Origin: Neisseria flavescens
GTDB lineage: Bacteria; Pseudomonadota; Gammaproteobacteria; Burkholderiales; Neisseriaceae
Assembly (NCBI RefSeq): GCF_001618065.1
Contig: NZ_LAEI01000041.1
Coordinates: 54,381-86,380, forward strand
Direction of reading: 5' to 3'
DNA length: 32,000 bases
The translations under genes and the position numbers were made by a program. The notes beneath the pieces are model-generated. The model was not told where the DNA came from. It ran no database searches and saw only the letters and a program-made list of their open reading frames with translations. Position 1 is the stretch's first letter. Each line of letters opens with the position of its first letter. Shown piece by piece: positions 1-8,451 of the stretch.

Positions 1-1
1 A

Positions 2-133
2 CGTACCGCTGAATCAGCTGCATCTGAGCCTGTTGCATCTGAGCCGGTAGCTGCTCCTGAAACTGCTGCTCCTGAAGCTGCGGCTTCTGAGCCTGCCGCC
101 AAAGCTGCTCCTGTTAAAAAAGCAAAAAGATAA
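2..133 (+). CDS. 3' end of a CDS entering from the left edge; Ala/Pro/Glu/Ser-rich low-complexity tail with a basic end (KKAKR)
   Basis: Frame 2 is open from the window edge to TAA at 131-133 (..ASEPVASEPVAAPETAAPEAAASEPAAKAAPVKKAKR*). It is absent from the ORF track because it has no start in the window. A DUS hairpin follows at 202-244. The product cannot be identified from this tail. Confidence 0.45.
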   Translation, partial: RTAESAASEPVASEPVAAPETAAPEAAASEPAAKAAPVKKAKR

Positions 134-201
134 GCTTCATAAAATTCAAGGAAGTCACTCTCATCAATACTCCGGATGAAGACAGACTTAGAGCAACTTG
201 A

Positions 202-244
202 AAACAAAGGCCGTCTGAATATGTTTCAGACGGCCTTTGTTTTT
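202..244. terminator. DUS inverted-repeat hairpin, probable terminator
   Basis: aaacaaaGGCCGTCTGAA-tatgt-TTCAGACGGCCtttgttt followed by a T-run. Confidence 0.6.
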
Positions 245-294
245 CATGTATAAGGGCATTATTAGGAAATATGGTTTTGGTTTTATTAAAAAAT

Positions 295-327
295 AAAAAA
301 AGACGTGTAACGGATACACGTCTTTTT
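295..327. terminator. Rho-independent terminator just downstream of clpX, bidirectional in form
   Basis: Stem agacgtgta / tacacgtct (301-309 / 315-323), loop acgga. An A-run lies on the left and a T-run on the right, so either strand reads hairpin plus U-tract. The clpX stop is at 340. Confidence 0.75.
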
Positions 328-339
328 GGAGAATGAGCC

Positions 340-1605
340 TTATTGCTTATATTCACTGCCGTCTTCGCGGAAAAGTTTTGGCTGTTCGCCTTTTTCCACC
401 ACCTCTTTATTGATGACGACTTTTGCTACGCCTTTTAAATCTGGCAGGGCGTACATGGTGTCTAAGAGGCAACGTTCGACGATAGAGCGCAGGCCGCGCG
501 CACCGGTTTTGCGTTCCATTGCCAGTTTGGCGATGCTGCGCAAAGCATCTTCTTCAAACTCAAGGCCGACATTTTCCATTTCAAACAAGGTTTGATATTG
601 TTTGACCAAGGCATTTTTCGGTTCGGTCAAAATGTTGACCAAAGCATCTTCATCCAATTCTGCTAATGTAGCAATCACGGGCAGACGGCCGATAAGCTCG
701 GGAATTAAACCGAATTTAATCAAATCTTCAGGCTCGACTGTCTCAAACAGGGCTGAAATATCGGCGTTTTCATCTTTACTGTGCACCGCCGCACCAAAGC
801 CGATACCGCCTTTTTCAGTACGTTGACGGATGACTTTTTCCAAGCCGGCAAATGCGCCACCACAAATAAAGAGGATGTTGGTGGTATCAACGTTGATGAA
901 TTCTTGGTTCGGATGTTTGCGGCCGCCTTGAGGGGGAACGCTGGCTACCGTGCCTTCAATCAGTTTCAGCAAGGCTTGTTGCACGCCTTCGCCAGATACG
1001 TCGCGCGTAATGGACGGATTGTCGCTTTTGCGTGAAATTTTATCGATTTCATCGATATAAACGATGCCGCGCTGGGCTTTTTCAACGTCAAAATCACATT
1101 TGCCCAAAAGTTTGGTGATGATTTGTTCGACGTCTTCACCGACATAACCGGCTTCGGTTAAAGTTGTGGCATCCGCCATGACAAAAGGTACATCCAGTTT
1201 GCGCGCCAAAGATTGCGCCAACAAGGTTTTACCTGAGCCGGTAGGGCCGATGAGCAGGATGTTGGATTTGGACAATTCAACTTTGCCCTCCGCTTTCGGG
1301 TGGCGCAGGCGTTTGTAGTGGTTGTAAACCGATACTGCCAACGCTTTTTTTGCGTGTTCCTGGCCGATAACGTGGTCGTTGAGGTTGGCAACGATTTCGG
1401 CAGGGGTAGGCAGTTTTTTCTCGGCGTTTCCTTCTTTCACTTTGGCAAGCTCGTTTTCAATTTCGCCGGACTCGTTGTCTTGCAGCATCATGCCGCAAGT
1501 TTCTACACATTCGTTGCAGATGAAGGCGTGTTCGCCTTCGATCAGATTTTTAACGTCGTTTTCGGACTTCCCGCAGAATGAACAGGTGCGTTTTTCTTCA
1601 GACAT
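340..1605 (-). CDS. clpX: ATP-dependent Clp protease ATP-binding subunit ClpX
   Basis: N-terminal zinc ribbon CSFCGK..ICNEC, Walker A GPTGSGKT, and full-length ClpX-like sequence. Start reassigned to the ATG at 1605 ([13 protein letters not shown]); the 44 aa upstream in the track ORF do not look like ClpX. Confidence 0.95.
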   Translation of the reverse strand: MSEEKRTCSFCGKSENDVKNLIEGEHAFICNECVETCGMMLQDNESGEIENELAKVKEGNAEKKLPTPAEIVANLNDHVIGQEHAKKALAVSVYNHYKRLRHPKAEGKVELSKSNILLIGPTGSGKTLLAQSLARKLDVPFVMADATTLTEAGYVGEDVEQIITKLLGKCDFDVEKAQRGIVYIDEIDKISRKSDNPSITRDVSGEGVQQALLKLIEGTVASVPPQGGRKHPNQEFINVDTTNILFICGGAFAGLEKVIRQRTEKGGIGFGAAVHSKDENADISALFETVEPEDLIKFGLIPELIGRLPVIATLAELDEDALVNILTEPKNALVKQYQTLFEMENVGLEFEEDALRSIAKLAMERKTGARGLRSIVERCLLDTMYALPDLKGVAKVVINKEVVEKGEQPKLFREDGSEYKQ

Positions 1606-1895
1606 AATAATTTCTTCGTATGGTTGTATAGAGGCTGTGTTGTAAAGGGGGAACAGATATTTCGGGCGTATTGCCGAATTGAGGGAATGCCTCTGACAAA
1701 GGAGCCTAAGTATAATGACTATCTTGTGTTTTTTCAAATCAGAGCAGGCATTGTGCTGTATCGTCTAAGAAACAGATGCGGGTGCTGGATTTGAATATCT
1801 CGCAAACAAACGCAAAGTTTTCTCAACTCGCTTTACAATTAGCGAAAAATTTAACAGAATGTTGAATTAAATGTATTTTTTTTGAATTGGCAGAT

Positions 1896-2828
1896 ATGAA
1901 ATTCTATAAAACTTTAGGAATGGTATGGACAGGTGTGGCATTGGCCTTTGCTTCTGCGCCTGCCGTTGCCTATGATATGGATGTATTGGGACAATTTTTG
2001 GAGCAAAATTTCCCAGTGCAAAATGACCCGATGGAAGCTTTTGCGTTGAGTCATGCCGACCAAGTCGAAGCTCAAGCCGCTTTGGCAGGTCCTCTGCTTT
2101 CTTCGCAATCTGCTTTGATTTTCAATAATAAAACCGGTGAAGTGCTGTATCAGAAAAACCCTGATCGTGTCATGCCGATTGCTTCTATTTCCAAATTGAT
2201 GAGCGCGATGGTGGTGTTGGATGCGCATCTGGATATGAACGAGCCGATTACGATTACCGAGGCTGAAATCGACCGTCTGAAAGGTACGGGCAGCCGTTTG
2301 AGCATCGGCACGACGCTGACACGCGGCGAACTGTTGCACCTGAGCCTGATGAGCAGTGAAAACCGTGCTACTCATGCGTTGGGCCGTACTTATCCGGGCG
2401 GTATGAGTGCGTTTGTTGCGGCAATGAATGCCAAAGCGCAAAGCCTGGGTATGACCAGCAGCCGTTTCTATGAGCCTACCGGTTTGAATTTCCAAAACGT
2501 TTCCACTGCACGCGATTTGAACCGCATGGTTGCGGCAGCCAGCAAATATCCGCTGATCCGTAAAAATTCTACTTCAAATTACGGCTCGGTTTGGACGGCA
2601 AACGGTCGTCAAAACTACAAAAACTCCAATGCCTTGGTGCGTGAGGGTAGCTGGAATATTGAATTGCAGAAAACCGGCTATATCCGCGAGGCAGGACGTT
2701 CTATGGTGGTTAAGGCCAATGTACAGAATCAGCCGATTACCATTGTGTTGCTCAACTCTCCATCTTCTACAACCCGCGTAAATGATGCGCGTAAGATTGA
2801 GTCTTGGATGTTGCAGCGCCGTTCTTAA
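1896..2828 (+). CDS. pbpG: Low-molecular-weight penicillin-binding protein, D-alanyl-D-alanine endopeptidase (PBP7/PbpG type)
   Basis: SxxK (SISK), SxN (SEN) and KTG (KTGY) motifs at class-C PBP spacing. Signal peptide MKFYKTLGMVWTGVALAFASAPAVA. The ATG at 1896 is preferred over the TTG at 1887. Confidence 0.85.
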   Translation: MKFYKTLGMVWTGVALAFASAPAVAYDMDVLGQFLEQNFPVQNDPMEAFALSHADQVEAQAALAGPLLSSQSALIFNNKTGEVLYQKNPDRVMPIASISKLMSAMVVLDAHLDMNEPITITEAEIDRLKGTGSRLSIGTTLTRGELLHLSLMSSENRATHALGRTYPGGMSAFVAAMNAKAQSLGMTSSRFYEPTGLNFQNVSTARDLNRMVAAASKYPLIRKNSTSNYGSVWTANGRQNYKNSNALVREGSWNIELQKTGYIREAGRSMVVKANVQNQPITIVLLNSPSSTTRVNDARKIESWMLQRRS

Positions 2829-2839
2829 ATGTTACGCTT

Positions 2840-2872
2840 AAAGGCCGTCTGAAACCGTTCAGACGGCCTTTT
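2840..2872. terminator. DUS inverted-repeat hairpin terminator after pbpG
   Basis: aaaGGCCGTCTGAA-accg-TTCAGACGGCCttt followed by T. Confidence 0.65.
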
Positions 2873-2936
2873 GTGTAAAGTGTATTAAATTTGGGTACAA
2901 TATCGTTACATTTACTTAAAAACACAGAGAGAAAAC

Positions 2937-3710
2937 ATGTTGAAAAAATGGAATAAAAAATATTGGGCCGGCATGGGCGTGATTTTGGCGTTGACCGGCT
3001 GTACTTCTGTAGCGGATATGGTTGGCTACGATACTGCGACTTTAAATGAAGACGCGGCTAAAAGTTACTCACAAGTCATTCAAAACGCGCGTGGTCAAAA
3101 AGCTTTGGATGTTTCATCTCCAACTGCTCAACGCGTTCAACGCGTGTTTGCACGTCTGCGTCCTCATGCTGAGCGCGCCAACAAAACCGGCGTGCCTTTC
3201 AACTGGCAGATGAACGTTATCCGCAGTGATGAAATGAACGCATGGGCAATGCCGGGCGGTAAAATGGCCGTGTACACCGGCATAGTAGAGAAATTGAAGC
3301 TGACTGATGATGAAATTGCCGCCGTTGTCGGCCATGAAATGACCCATGCTCTGTTGGAACACAGTAAAAAAGCTTTGGGCGGACAAGTATTGACCGGCTT
3401 GGGTGGTTCGATTTTGGCCAGCTCAACCGGTGTGGATGGTGATTTGGTCGGCTTGGGTGCAGATTTATTGGCAACCAAACCGTTCTCACGCCATCAGGAA
3501 AGCGAAGCTGATGCCGGCGGTGTACGTTTGATGGCTGAAGCAGGCTACAACCCTGAGGCTGCGGTAAGCGTGTGGGAAAAAATGAACAAAGTACAGGGCG
3601 GCAGCTCATTGTCTATTTTGTCGACCCACCCGACCAATCAGGCGCGTATCAATGCAATCCGCAAAATGTTGCCTGAAGTAATGCCGATTTATCAGAAAAA
3701 CAAACGTTAA
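2937..3710 (+). CDS. M48 family zinc metalloprotease, lipoprotein (YcaL/LoiP-like)
   Basis: Lipobox LALTGC, HExxH (HEMTH), a downstream ESEAD motif and a C-terminal THP motif, all typical of M48. RBS gagag upstream. Confidence 0.85.
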   Translation: MLKKWNKKYWAGMGVILALTGCTSVADMVGYDTATLNEDAAKSYSQVIQNARGQKALDVSSPTAQRVQRVFARLRPHAERANKTGVPFNWQMNVIRSDEMNAWAMPGGKMAVYTGIVEKLKLTDDEIAAVVGHEMTHALLEHSKKALGGQVLTGLGGSILASSTGVDGDLVGLGADLLATKPFSRHQESEADAGGVRLMAEAGYNPEAAVSVWEKMNKVQGGSSLSILSTHPTNQARINAIRKMLPEVMPIYQKNKR

Positions 3711-3728
3711 TTCGATGTATTGATGATT

Positions 3729-3767
3729 TTGCCGGTTTGAACAGATGATTCAAACCGGCAAAGTTTT
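3729..3767 (+). terminator. Rho-independent terminator after the M48 protease gene
   Basis: 13-bp perfect stem ttgccggtttgaa / ttcaaaccggcaa, 7-nt loop, then agtttta. Confidence 0.7.
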
Positions 3768-3773
3768 ATGGTT

Positions 3774-4274
3774 TCAGCCTGACAGTTTGGCAAAATTATC
3801 CCAATTTGCCTGAACGTAGGCTGCCGCAGTTTCCAAGTCTTCGTCGGCAACGTCATAATAATCGCCGTCAAGCTCTTCAAAATCGGGAAAAGCTTTGCGG
3901 ATTTCGTCGAAATCCCTTTGCTCGTCTGCCATTTTTTCAATGGCTTCGCCGTGTTTTTCGTACAGGGCTTTGGCTTTGTCTAAGATTTTCGGTATCGGCT
4001 TGATGCGCCAGCGTCGCAGGCTGTCGGCAACCGGATTGCCGAAGATGTATTCTCCGTATCCTGAAGCGATAAGCTGTACGAAGCCGCCTTCTTGAATTTG
4101 GCTGTCGAGATAGCAAAGGGCGGTCAATGTATGCTGTTCGTCGTTAAGGCCGGACATTTCCTCATCTCCTGCCTGTTCGGTGTGATCCAAATAGGCTGCG
4201 CTGAGTGTATAAAGAAATGAAGCGGAATCGGAAGTATCGAAATCTTGAAGGCGGAGCAGTGTAGTCATAATCAT
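3774..4274 (-). CDS. Small strongly acidic cytoplasmic protein, DUF4375/DMP19-like (possible DNA-mimic protein)
   Basis: 166-167 aa. By my count about 34 Asp/Glu versus about 14 Lys/Arg. The central EGGFVQ motif resembles the NGGFxQ signature I associate with DUF4375. The family assignment is from memory and not verified. First ATG at 4274; the track start at 4277 is TTG. Confidence 0.55.
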   Translation of the reverse strand: MIMTTLLRLQDFDTSDSASFLYTLSAAYLDHTEQAGDEEMSGLNDEQHTLTALCYLDSQIQEGGFVQLIASGYGEYIFGNPVADSLRRWRIKPIPKILDKAKALYEKHGEAIEKMADEQRDFDEIRKAFPDFEELDGDYYDVADEDLETAAAYVQANWDNFAKLSG

Positions 4275-4380
4275 CAAAGGCCGTCTGAAAAAAGTGATTA
4301 TATAATGTTTTCAGTCGAACCTAGCGGCCGTTTTGCTTTACAATATCGGAAGATAAGAAAACATAGTGAGGAACCAAACC

Positions 4381-4578
4381 ATGAGTACACAGTCTGAAAA
4401 AAACGTTGTAGTCATCAAGCCGCAGGATTTGCCGCTGCATTGCTCCGGCCCTAATCATGAAACATGGGACGGCCATCCGCGCGTGTTCTTGCCGATTCAG
4501 TCCAACAGTGAGATTGAATGCCCGTATTGCGGCACTTATTACCGGCTTGATGGCGAGATTCCGCATCACCATTACTAA
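4381..4578 (+). CDS. Stand-alone zf-CHCC zinc-finger protein (NDUFS6 C-terminal-like)
   Basis: LHCSGPNHETWDGHPRVFLPI...IECPYCGTYY matches the C..GHP.V....CpYCg pattern. ATG at 4381 preceded by the gagga RBS; the track start at 4366 is GTG. Confidence 0.7.
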   Translation: MSTQSEKNVVVIKPQDLPLHCSGPNHETWDGHPRVFLPIQSNSEIECPYCGTYYRLDGEIPHHHY

Positions 4579-4581
4579 TCT

Positions 4582-4938
4582 ATGCCTATGTTGAACAAAA
4601 TCATCTGCGCTTTGTGCGTGAGTTTGTGCGCTGCGTGCGGCTCGTATAAGGCCGTGCGCCCTGATGCGCCGTTACCGGTTATTGCACAGGCGCAGACGTA
4701 TTCTGTCCGTTATCAATCCGCACAAGGTCGGACGATTACTGCAATTTATATCAACAGTCACAGCCCGATGATGGTTGAGCTGCGTGAAGGCAATACGGTT
4801 GAGAAACTGGTGCAAGTCCGCTTGCGGAGTCAGGGCGTCGAGTACGCCAATCCAAGCTCGCGTTGGCAGATTGGCGATGGGTTTGCCGTACTGATTCGCG
4901 GCGGAAAAGAGGTTGTATTTAAAGAGATTGTGGAATAG
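4582..4938 (+). CDS. Probable small lipoprotein, possibly MliC-fold
   Basis: Signal peptide with LCAAC (an atypical lipobox). The C-terminal pattern SQGVEY....W...G.A.L resembles the MliC family. Starts 4 nt after the zf-CHCC stop. The fold assignment is tentative. Confidence 0.55.
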   Translation: MPMLNKIICALCVSLCAACGSYKAVRPDAPLPVIAQAQTYSVRYQSAQGRTITAIYINSHSPMMVELREGNTVEKLVQVRLRSQGVEYANPSSRWQIGDGFAVLIRGGKEVVFKEIVE

Positions 4939-4944
4939 GGCGGT

Positions 4945-5979
4945 TTAGCCTTTCGCCAAATATTTGATTAAAGGTTTGGGCAAACCATAATCCGCCAAAT
5001 GTTCCGCTGATACCCAAAGGCCGTCTGAAAGATGTTCAGACGGCCTTTGTTGCGTCTGAAAAGGAGTAATCATCAATAAGCGGTGGGTCAGGCGGTGGGT
5101 AAATGTGGTTTGTTCTTCAAGGCCGTCTGAAATAATGCCGAAGCGTTCGGAGTAAGCATACAAATCGTCTAATTTTTCAAAACAGGGTACGCAATACAGA
5201 CCGCCCCAAATGCCTTTGGCAGGGCGTTTTTCAAGCAATAATGCGCCGTCAGTGTTATGAATAATCAGCCAGTAAAGCGGTAGGGTTTGCACTTCTGGAG
5301 CAGTTTTTTTGCGAGGCAGTTCGTCAATGCGGTTTTGTTTTCTTGCTTCGCAGATATCTGCCATAGGGCATTGATGGCACAAAGGTTTTGTTCGTTTGCA
5401 GACGGTTGCGCCCAAATCCATCAGCCCTTGTGTATAGGCAGGCATATCGGCGTTTTCAGACGGCAGCAGGCTTTCGGCAAGCGTCCAGAGCGAGTTTTCA
5501 AATTTTTTATCTTGCGGATTGCCGTCTTGGGCAAAGACACGGCAGAGAACGCGTTTAACGTTGCCGTCCAAGATGGTTTCGCGTCGGTTGAAAGCAAAGG
5601 CAGAAATGGCGGCGGCGGTACTTCTGCCTACGCCGCAGAGTGTTTCCAAGTCTTTGCGTTTGGGCGGAAAGATACCGCCAAATTGTCCGACGACTTGTTG
5701 CGCGGCTTTGTGCAGGTTGCGTGCGCGGCTGTAATAGCCCAAACCTGCCCACAAGGATAAAACCTCGTCTTGCGGCGCAGCGGCAAGCGATTGCACGGTT
5801 GGGAATTTGGCTAAGAAACGCGGATAGTAGTCCAATACGGTAGCAACCTGCGTTTGTTGGAGCATGATTTCTGAAAGCCAGACGGAATAAGGGTCTTTGA
5901 CCTGCCAAGGCAGGTTGTGGCGGCCATGCTGCCGTTGCCAATCGATGAGTCGTCGTGCGAAGGATGTTGGTGTGCTCAT
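4945..5979 (-). CDS. mutY: A/G-specific adenine DNA glycosylase MutY
   Basis: HhH-GPD region, 4Fe-4S cysteine cluster CKRTKPLCHQCPMADIC and a C-terminal NUDIX-like domain; 344 aa. Confidence 0.93.
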   Translation of the reverse strand: MSTPTSFARRLIDWQRQHGRHNLPWQVKDPYSVWLSEIMLQQTQVATVLDYYPRFLAKFPTVQSLAAAPQDEVLSLWAGLGYYSRARNLHKAAQQVVGQFGGIFPPKRKDLETLCGVGRSTAAAISAFAFNRRETILDGNVKRVLCRVFAQDGNPQDKKFENSLWTLAESLLPSENADMPAYTQGLMDLGATVCKRTKPLCHQCPMADICEARKQNRIDELPRKKTAPEVQTLPLYWLIIHNTDGALLLEKRPAKGIWGGLYCVPCFEKLDDLYAYSERFGIISDGLEEQTTFTHRLTHRLLMITPFQTQQRPSEHLSDGLWVSAEHLADYGLPKPLIKYLAKG

Positions 5980-6051
5980 TAATATTTACTTTTTAATTAT
6001 TTATTTTTAAAACAGTATGTTACAGCATAAAATACAAAATAATAATCAGAA

Positions 6052-6080
6052 TTGACTTATCTTGTGGAGGGGTATATAAA
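6052..6080 (+). promoter_or_regulatory. Candidate sigma70 promoter for the alcohol dehydrogenase gene
   Basis: TTGACT (6052-6057), 17-bp spacer, TATAAA (6075-6080), about 60 bp upstream of the ATG at 6142. Confidence 0.45.
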
Positions 6081-6141
6081 TATAGTTAACGTGGATTTAC
6101 GCTGTATTGTTAAAGTTTATTAACCGCTCAAGGAGATTCAC

Positions 6142-7182
6142 ATGAAAGCAATGGTTTATCATGGCGCAAACGACATTCGCTTCGAAGAAAAACCTCGCCC
6201 TCAAATTATCGATCCGACCGATGCAGTCGTCAAAATCGTTAAAACCACGATTTGCGGTACTGACTTGGGTATTTGGAAGGGTAAAAACCCTGAAGTTGCC
6301 GACGGTCGTATTCTCGGTCATGAGGGCATCGGTATTGTAGAAGAAGTCGGCGATGCTGTAAAAAACATCAAAGTCGGTGATAAAGTCATTATTTCATGTG
6401 TCAGCAAATGCTGTACTTGCGACAACTGTAAAATCCAACTTTATTCACACTGCCGCAGCGGCGGTTGGATCTTGGGCTATATGATTGACGGTACTCAGGC
6501 CGAATACGTCCGTACGCCTTATGCCGACAACAGCTTGGTTCCGTTGCCTGACAACGTCAACGAAGAAGTTGCCCTGCTGTTGAGCGATGCTTTGCCGACC
6601 GCCCACGAAATTGGCGTGCAATATGGTGATGTGAAACCTGGCGATACCGTATTCATCGCCGGTGCCGGCCCTGTCGGTATGTCTGCATTGCTGACTGCGC
6701 AACTGTATAGCCCTGCCGCTATCATCGTTTGCGATATGGACGAAAATCGTTTGAAACTGGCGAAAGAATTGGGCGCGACCCATACCATTAACCCTGCTTC
6801 CGGCGATGTAAGCAAGCAAGTTGCCGCTATCGTCGGTGAAGACGGCGTAGATTGCGCCATCGAAGCGGTCGGTATCCCTGCGACTTGGAATATGTGCCAA
6901 GACATCGTGAAACCTGGCGGCCATATTGCTGTGGTTGGTGTACATGGCCAATCCGTTGATTTCAAACTGGAAAAACTGTGGATTAAAAACCTTGCCATTA
7001 CTACCGGCCTGGTTAACGCCAATACCACAGAAATGCTGATGAAAGCCATTTCCAGCAGCTCAGTGGATTACACCAAAATGATGACCCACCATTTCAAATT
7101 CAGCGAATTGGAAAAAGCTTACGATGTGTTCAAACACGCTGCTGAAAACCAAGCCATGAAAGTAGTTTTGGAAGCGGATTGA
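6142..7182 (+). CDS. Zinc-dependent medium-chain alcohol dehydrogenase
   Basis: GHEGIGIVEEVG catalytic-zinc motif, CxxCxxC structural-zinc region (CCTCDNCK..C) and GAGPVG Rossmann motif. RBS aaggaga. Confidence 0.9.
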   Translation: MKAMVYHGANDIRFEEKPRPQIIDPTDAVVKIVKTTICGTDLGIWKGKNPEVADGRILGHEGIGIVEEVGDAVKNIKVGDKVIISCVSKCCTCDNCKIQLYSHCRSGGWILGYMIDGTQAEYVRTPYADNSLVPLPDNVNEEVALLLSDALPTAHEIGVQYGDVKPGDTVFIAGAGPVGMSALLTAQLYSPAAIIVCDMDENRLKLAKELGATHTINPASGDVSKQVAAIVGEDGVDCAIEAVGIPATWNMCQDIVKPGGHIAVVGVHGQSVDFKLEKLWIKNLAITTGLVNANTTEMLMKAISSSSVDYTKMMTHHFKFSELEKAYDVFKHAAENQAMKVVLEAD

Positions 7183-7211
7183 TTTGAAAATCGCTTAATA
7201 TGCCGTTAATT

Positions 7212-7243
7212 AAAGGCCATCTGAACATTCAGACGGCCTTTTT
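7212..7243. terminator. DUS inverted-repeat hairpin between convergent adh and trmA
   Basis: aaaGGCCATCTGAA-ca-TTCAGACGGCCttt. The left arm carries the variant GCCATCTGAA, which gives one A.C mismatch (7219/7234). Confidence 0.6.
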
Positions 7244-7251
7244 ATATGATT

Positions 7252-8334
7252 TTATTTTTTCTTCAACCAAACGCCGCTTTCGATATGGTGGGTAAATGGG
7301 AATTGATCGAACAGGGCGGCGCGTTCGATAGTATGGGTTTGACAGAGCGTATCGAGGTTGGCGCGCAGGGTCTCAGGATTGCAGGAAATATAGAGGACGT
7401 TGTCGAATCGGGCAACCAATTTAAGCGTCTCATTATCAACACCGGCGCGTGGAGGATCGACAAAAATAGTTGAAAAATCATAGTTTTTCAAGTCGATGCT
7501 TTGTTCTTGCAGGCGGCGGAATTCGCGGTTTTGCGTGTAGGCCTCGGTAAATTCTTCCGCAGACAGGCGGGCGATTTTAAGATTGGTAATTTGGTTGGCT
7601 TCAATATTCCATTGGGCGGCGTTGACGGAGGTTTTAGATACTTCGGTCGCCAACACTTGATTGAAATGTTGCGAAAGCGGCAGGGTGAAATTGCCGTTGC
7701 CACAGTACAACTCAAGCAGGTCTTTGCCTAAGTTTTGCGCAGCATCACACGCCCAAGTCAGCATTTTTTGGCATACTTGGGCATTGGGTTGGGTAAAGCT
7801 GCCCTCGATTTGACGATAGCGGAAGGTCTTGCCGTTGACTTCCAACGCTTCGGTCACAAAATCTTGGCTCAATACGATTTTTTGTCCGCGGCTACGGCCG
7901 ATGATGTGGATGCCCAAATTGTGCGCCAGCTCTTGCGCGGCTTGTTGCCATGCTTCGTTCAGCTTCTTGTGGTAAATCATGGTAACCAGCATTTCGCCGC
8001 TTAAAGTGGATAAAAATTCGACGGCGTACCAGCGGTTTTTCAGCTCGGGATGATTGGATGCGGCTTCAATCAATTTCGGCATCAAGGTATTGATGGATTC
8101 GGACGCGGCAGGAAATTGGTCGCAACGGATCAGACTTGCCCCACTTGCCTTTTGCTCGCGTTCAAACATGGCGTAAAACATTTCGCCGCCTTCATGCCAG
8201 ATGCGGAACTCGGCACGCATCCTGTAATGCTGTTCCGGAGATTCAAAGACTTCAATTTCAGGGAAATCTAGTCCTTGGAAAAGTTGCTGAAGATATTGCT
8301 TTTTGTCGGCTAGTTGTTGCTGGTAGGCAGTCAT
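7252..8334 (-). CDS. trmA: tRNA (uracil54-C5)-methyltransferase TrmA
   Basis: 360 aa. SAM-methyltransferase motifs ELYCGNGNF and DPPRAG, plus the catalytic YISCNP region. Confidence 0.9.
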   Translation of the reverse strand: MTAYQQQLADKKQYLQQLFQGLDFPEIEVFESPEQHYRMRAEFRIWHEGGEMFYAMFEREQKASGASLIRCDQFPAASESINTLMPKLIEAASNHPELKNRWYAVEFLSTLSGEMLVTMIYHKKLNEAWQQAAQELAHNLGIHIIGRSRGQKIVLSQDFVTEALEVNGKTFRYRQIEGSFTQPNAQVCQKMLTWACDAAQNLGKDLLELYCGNGNFTLPLSQHFNQVLATEVSKTSVNAAQWNIEANQITNLKIARLSAEEFTEAYTQNREFRRLQEQSIDLKNYDFSTIFVDPPRAGVDNETLKLVARFDNVLYISCNPETLRANLDTLCQTHTIERAALFDQFPFTHHIESGVWLKKK

Positions 8335-8391
8335 TGGGGCAGTCTTTCAGAAAATAATGGCGAATTATAATATAGTTGGCGCAAAGATACG

Positions 8392-8427
8392 AAAGGCCGT
8401 CTGAAACATCGGTTTCAGACGGCCTTT
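8392..8427. terminator. DUS inverted-repeat hairpin downstream of pta
   Basis: aaaGGCCGTCTGAAac-atcg-gtTTCAGACGGCCttt. Confidence 0.6.
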
Positions 8428-8451
8428 GATTTCAAAGTATCAGCTTGTCAA

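Noticed and set aside
1606-1737. N-terminal extensions in the ORF track (clpX to 1737, pta to 10023, prfA to 13089, rpsO to 22733, ubiD from 18343, XRE from 11456, DUF805 to 11074)
   Set aside because: In each case an internal ATG gives the conserved family N-terminus, in most cases with a Shine-Dalgarno sequence upstream. The extensions use alternative starts or run across promoters and hairpins.
1876-1883. T8 tract just upstream of the pbpG start, and A8 tract at 14511-14518 upstream of the NRAMP-fold gene, as possible phase-variation switches
   Set aside because: The tracts are short for slipped-strand switching and lie outside coding sequence. There is no evidence that they sit in a critical promoter spacer. 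No poly-G/C or tetranucleotide tracts were seen in any coding 5' region.
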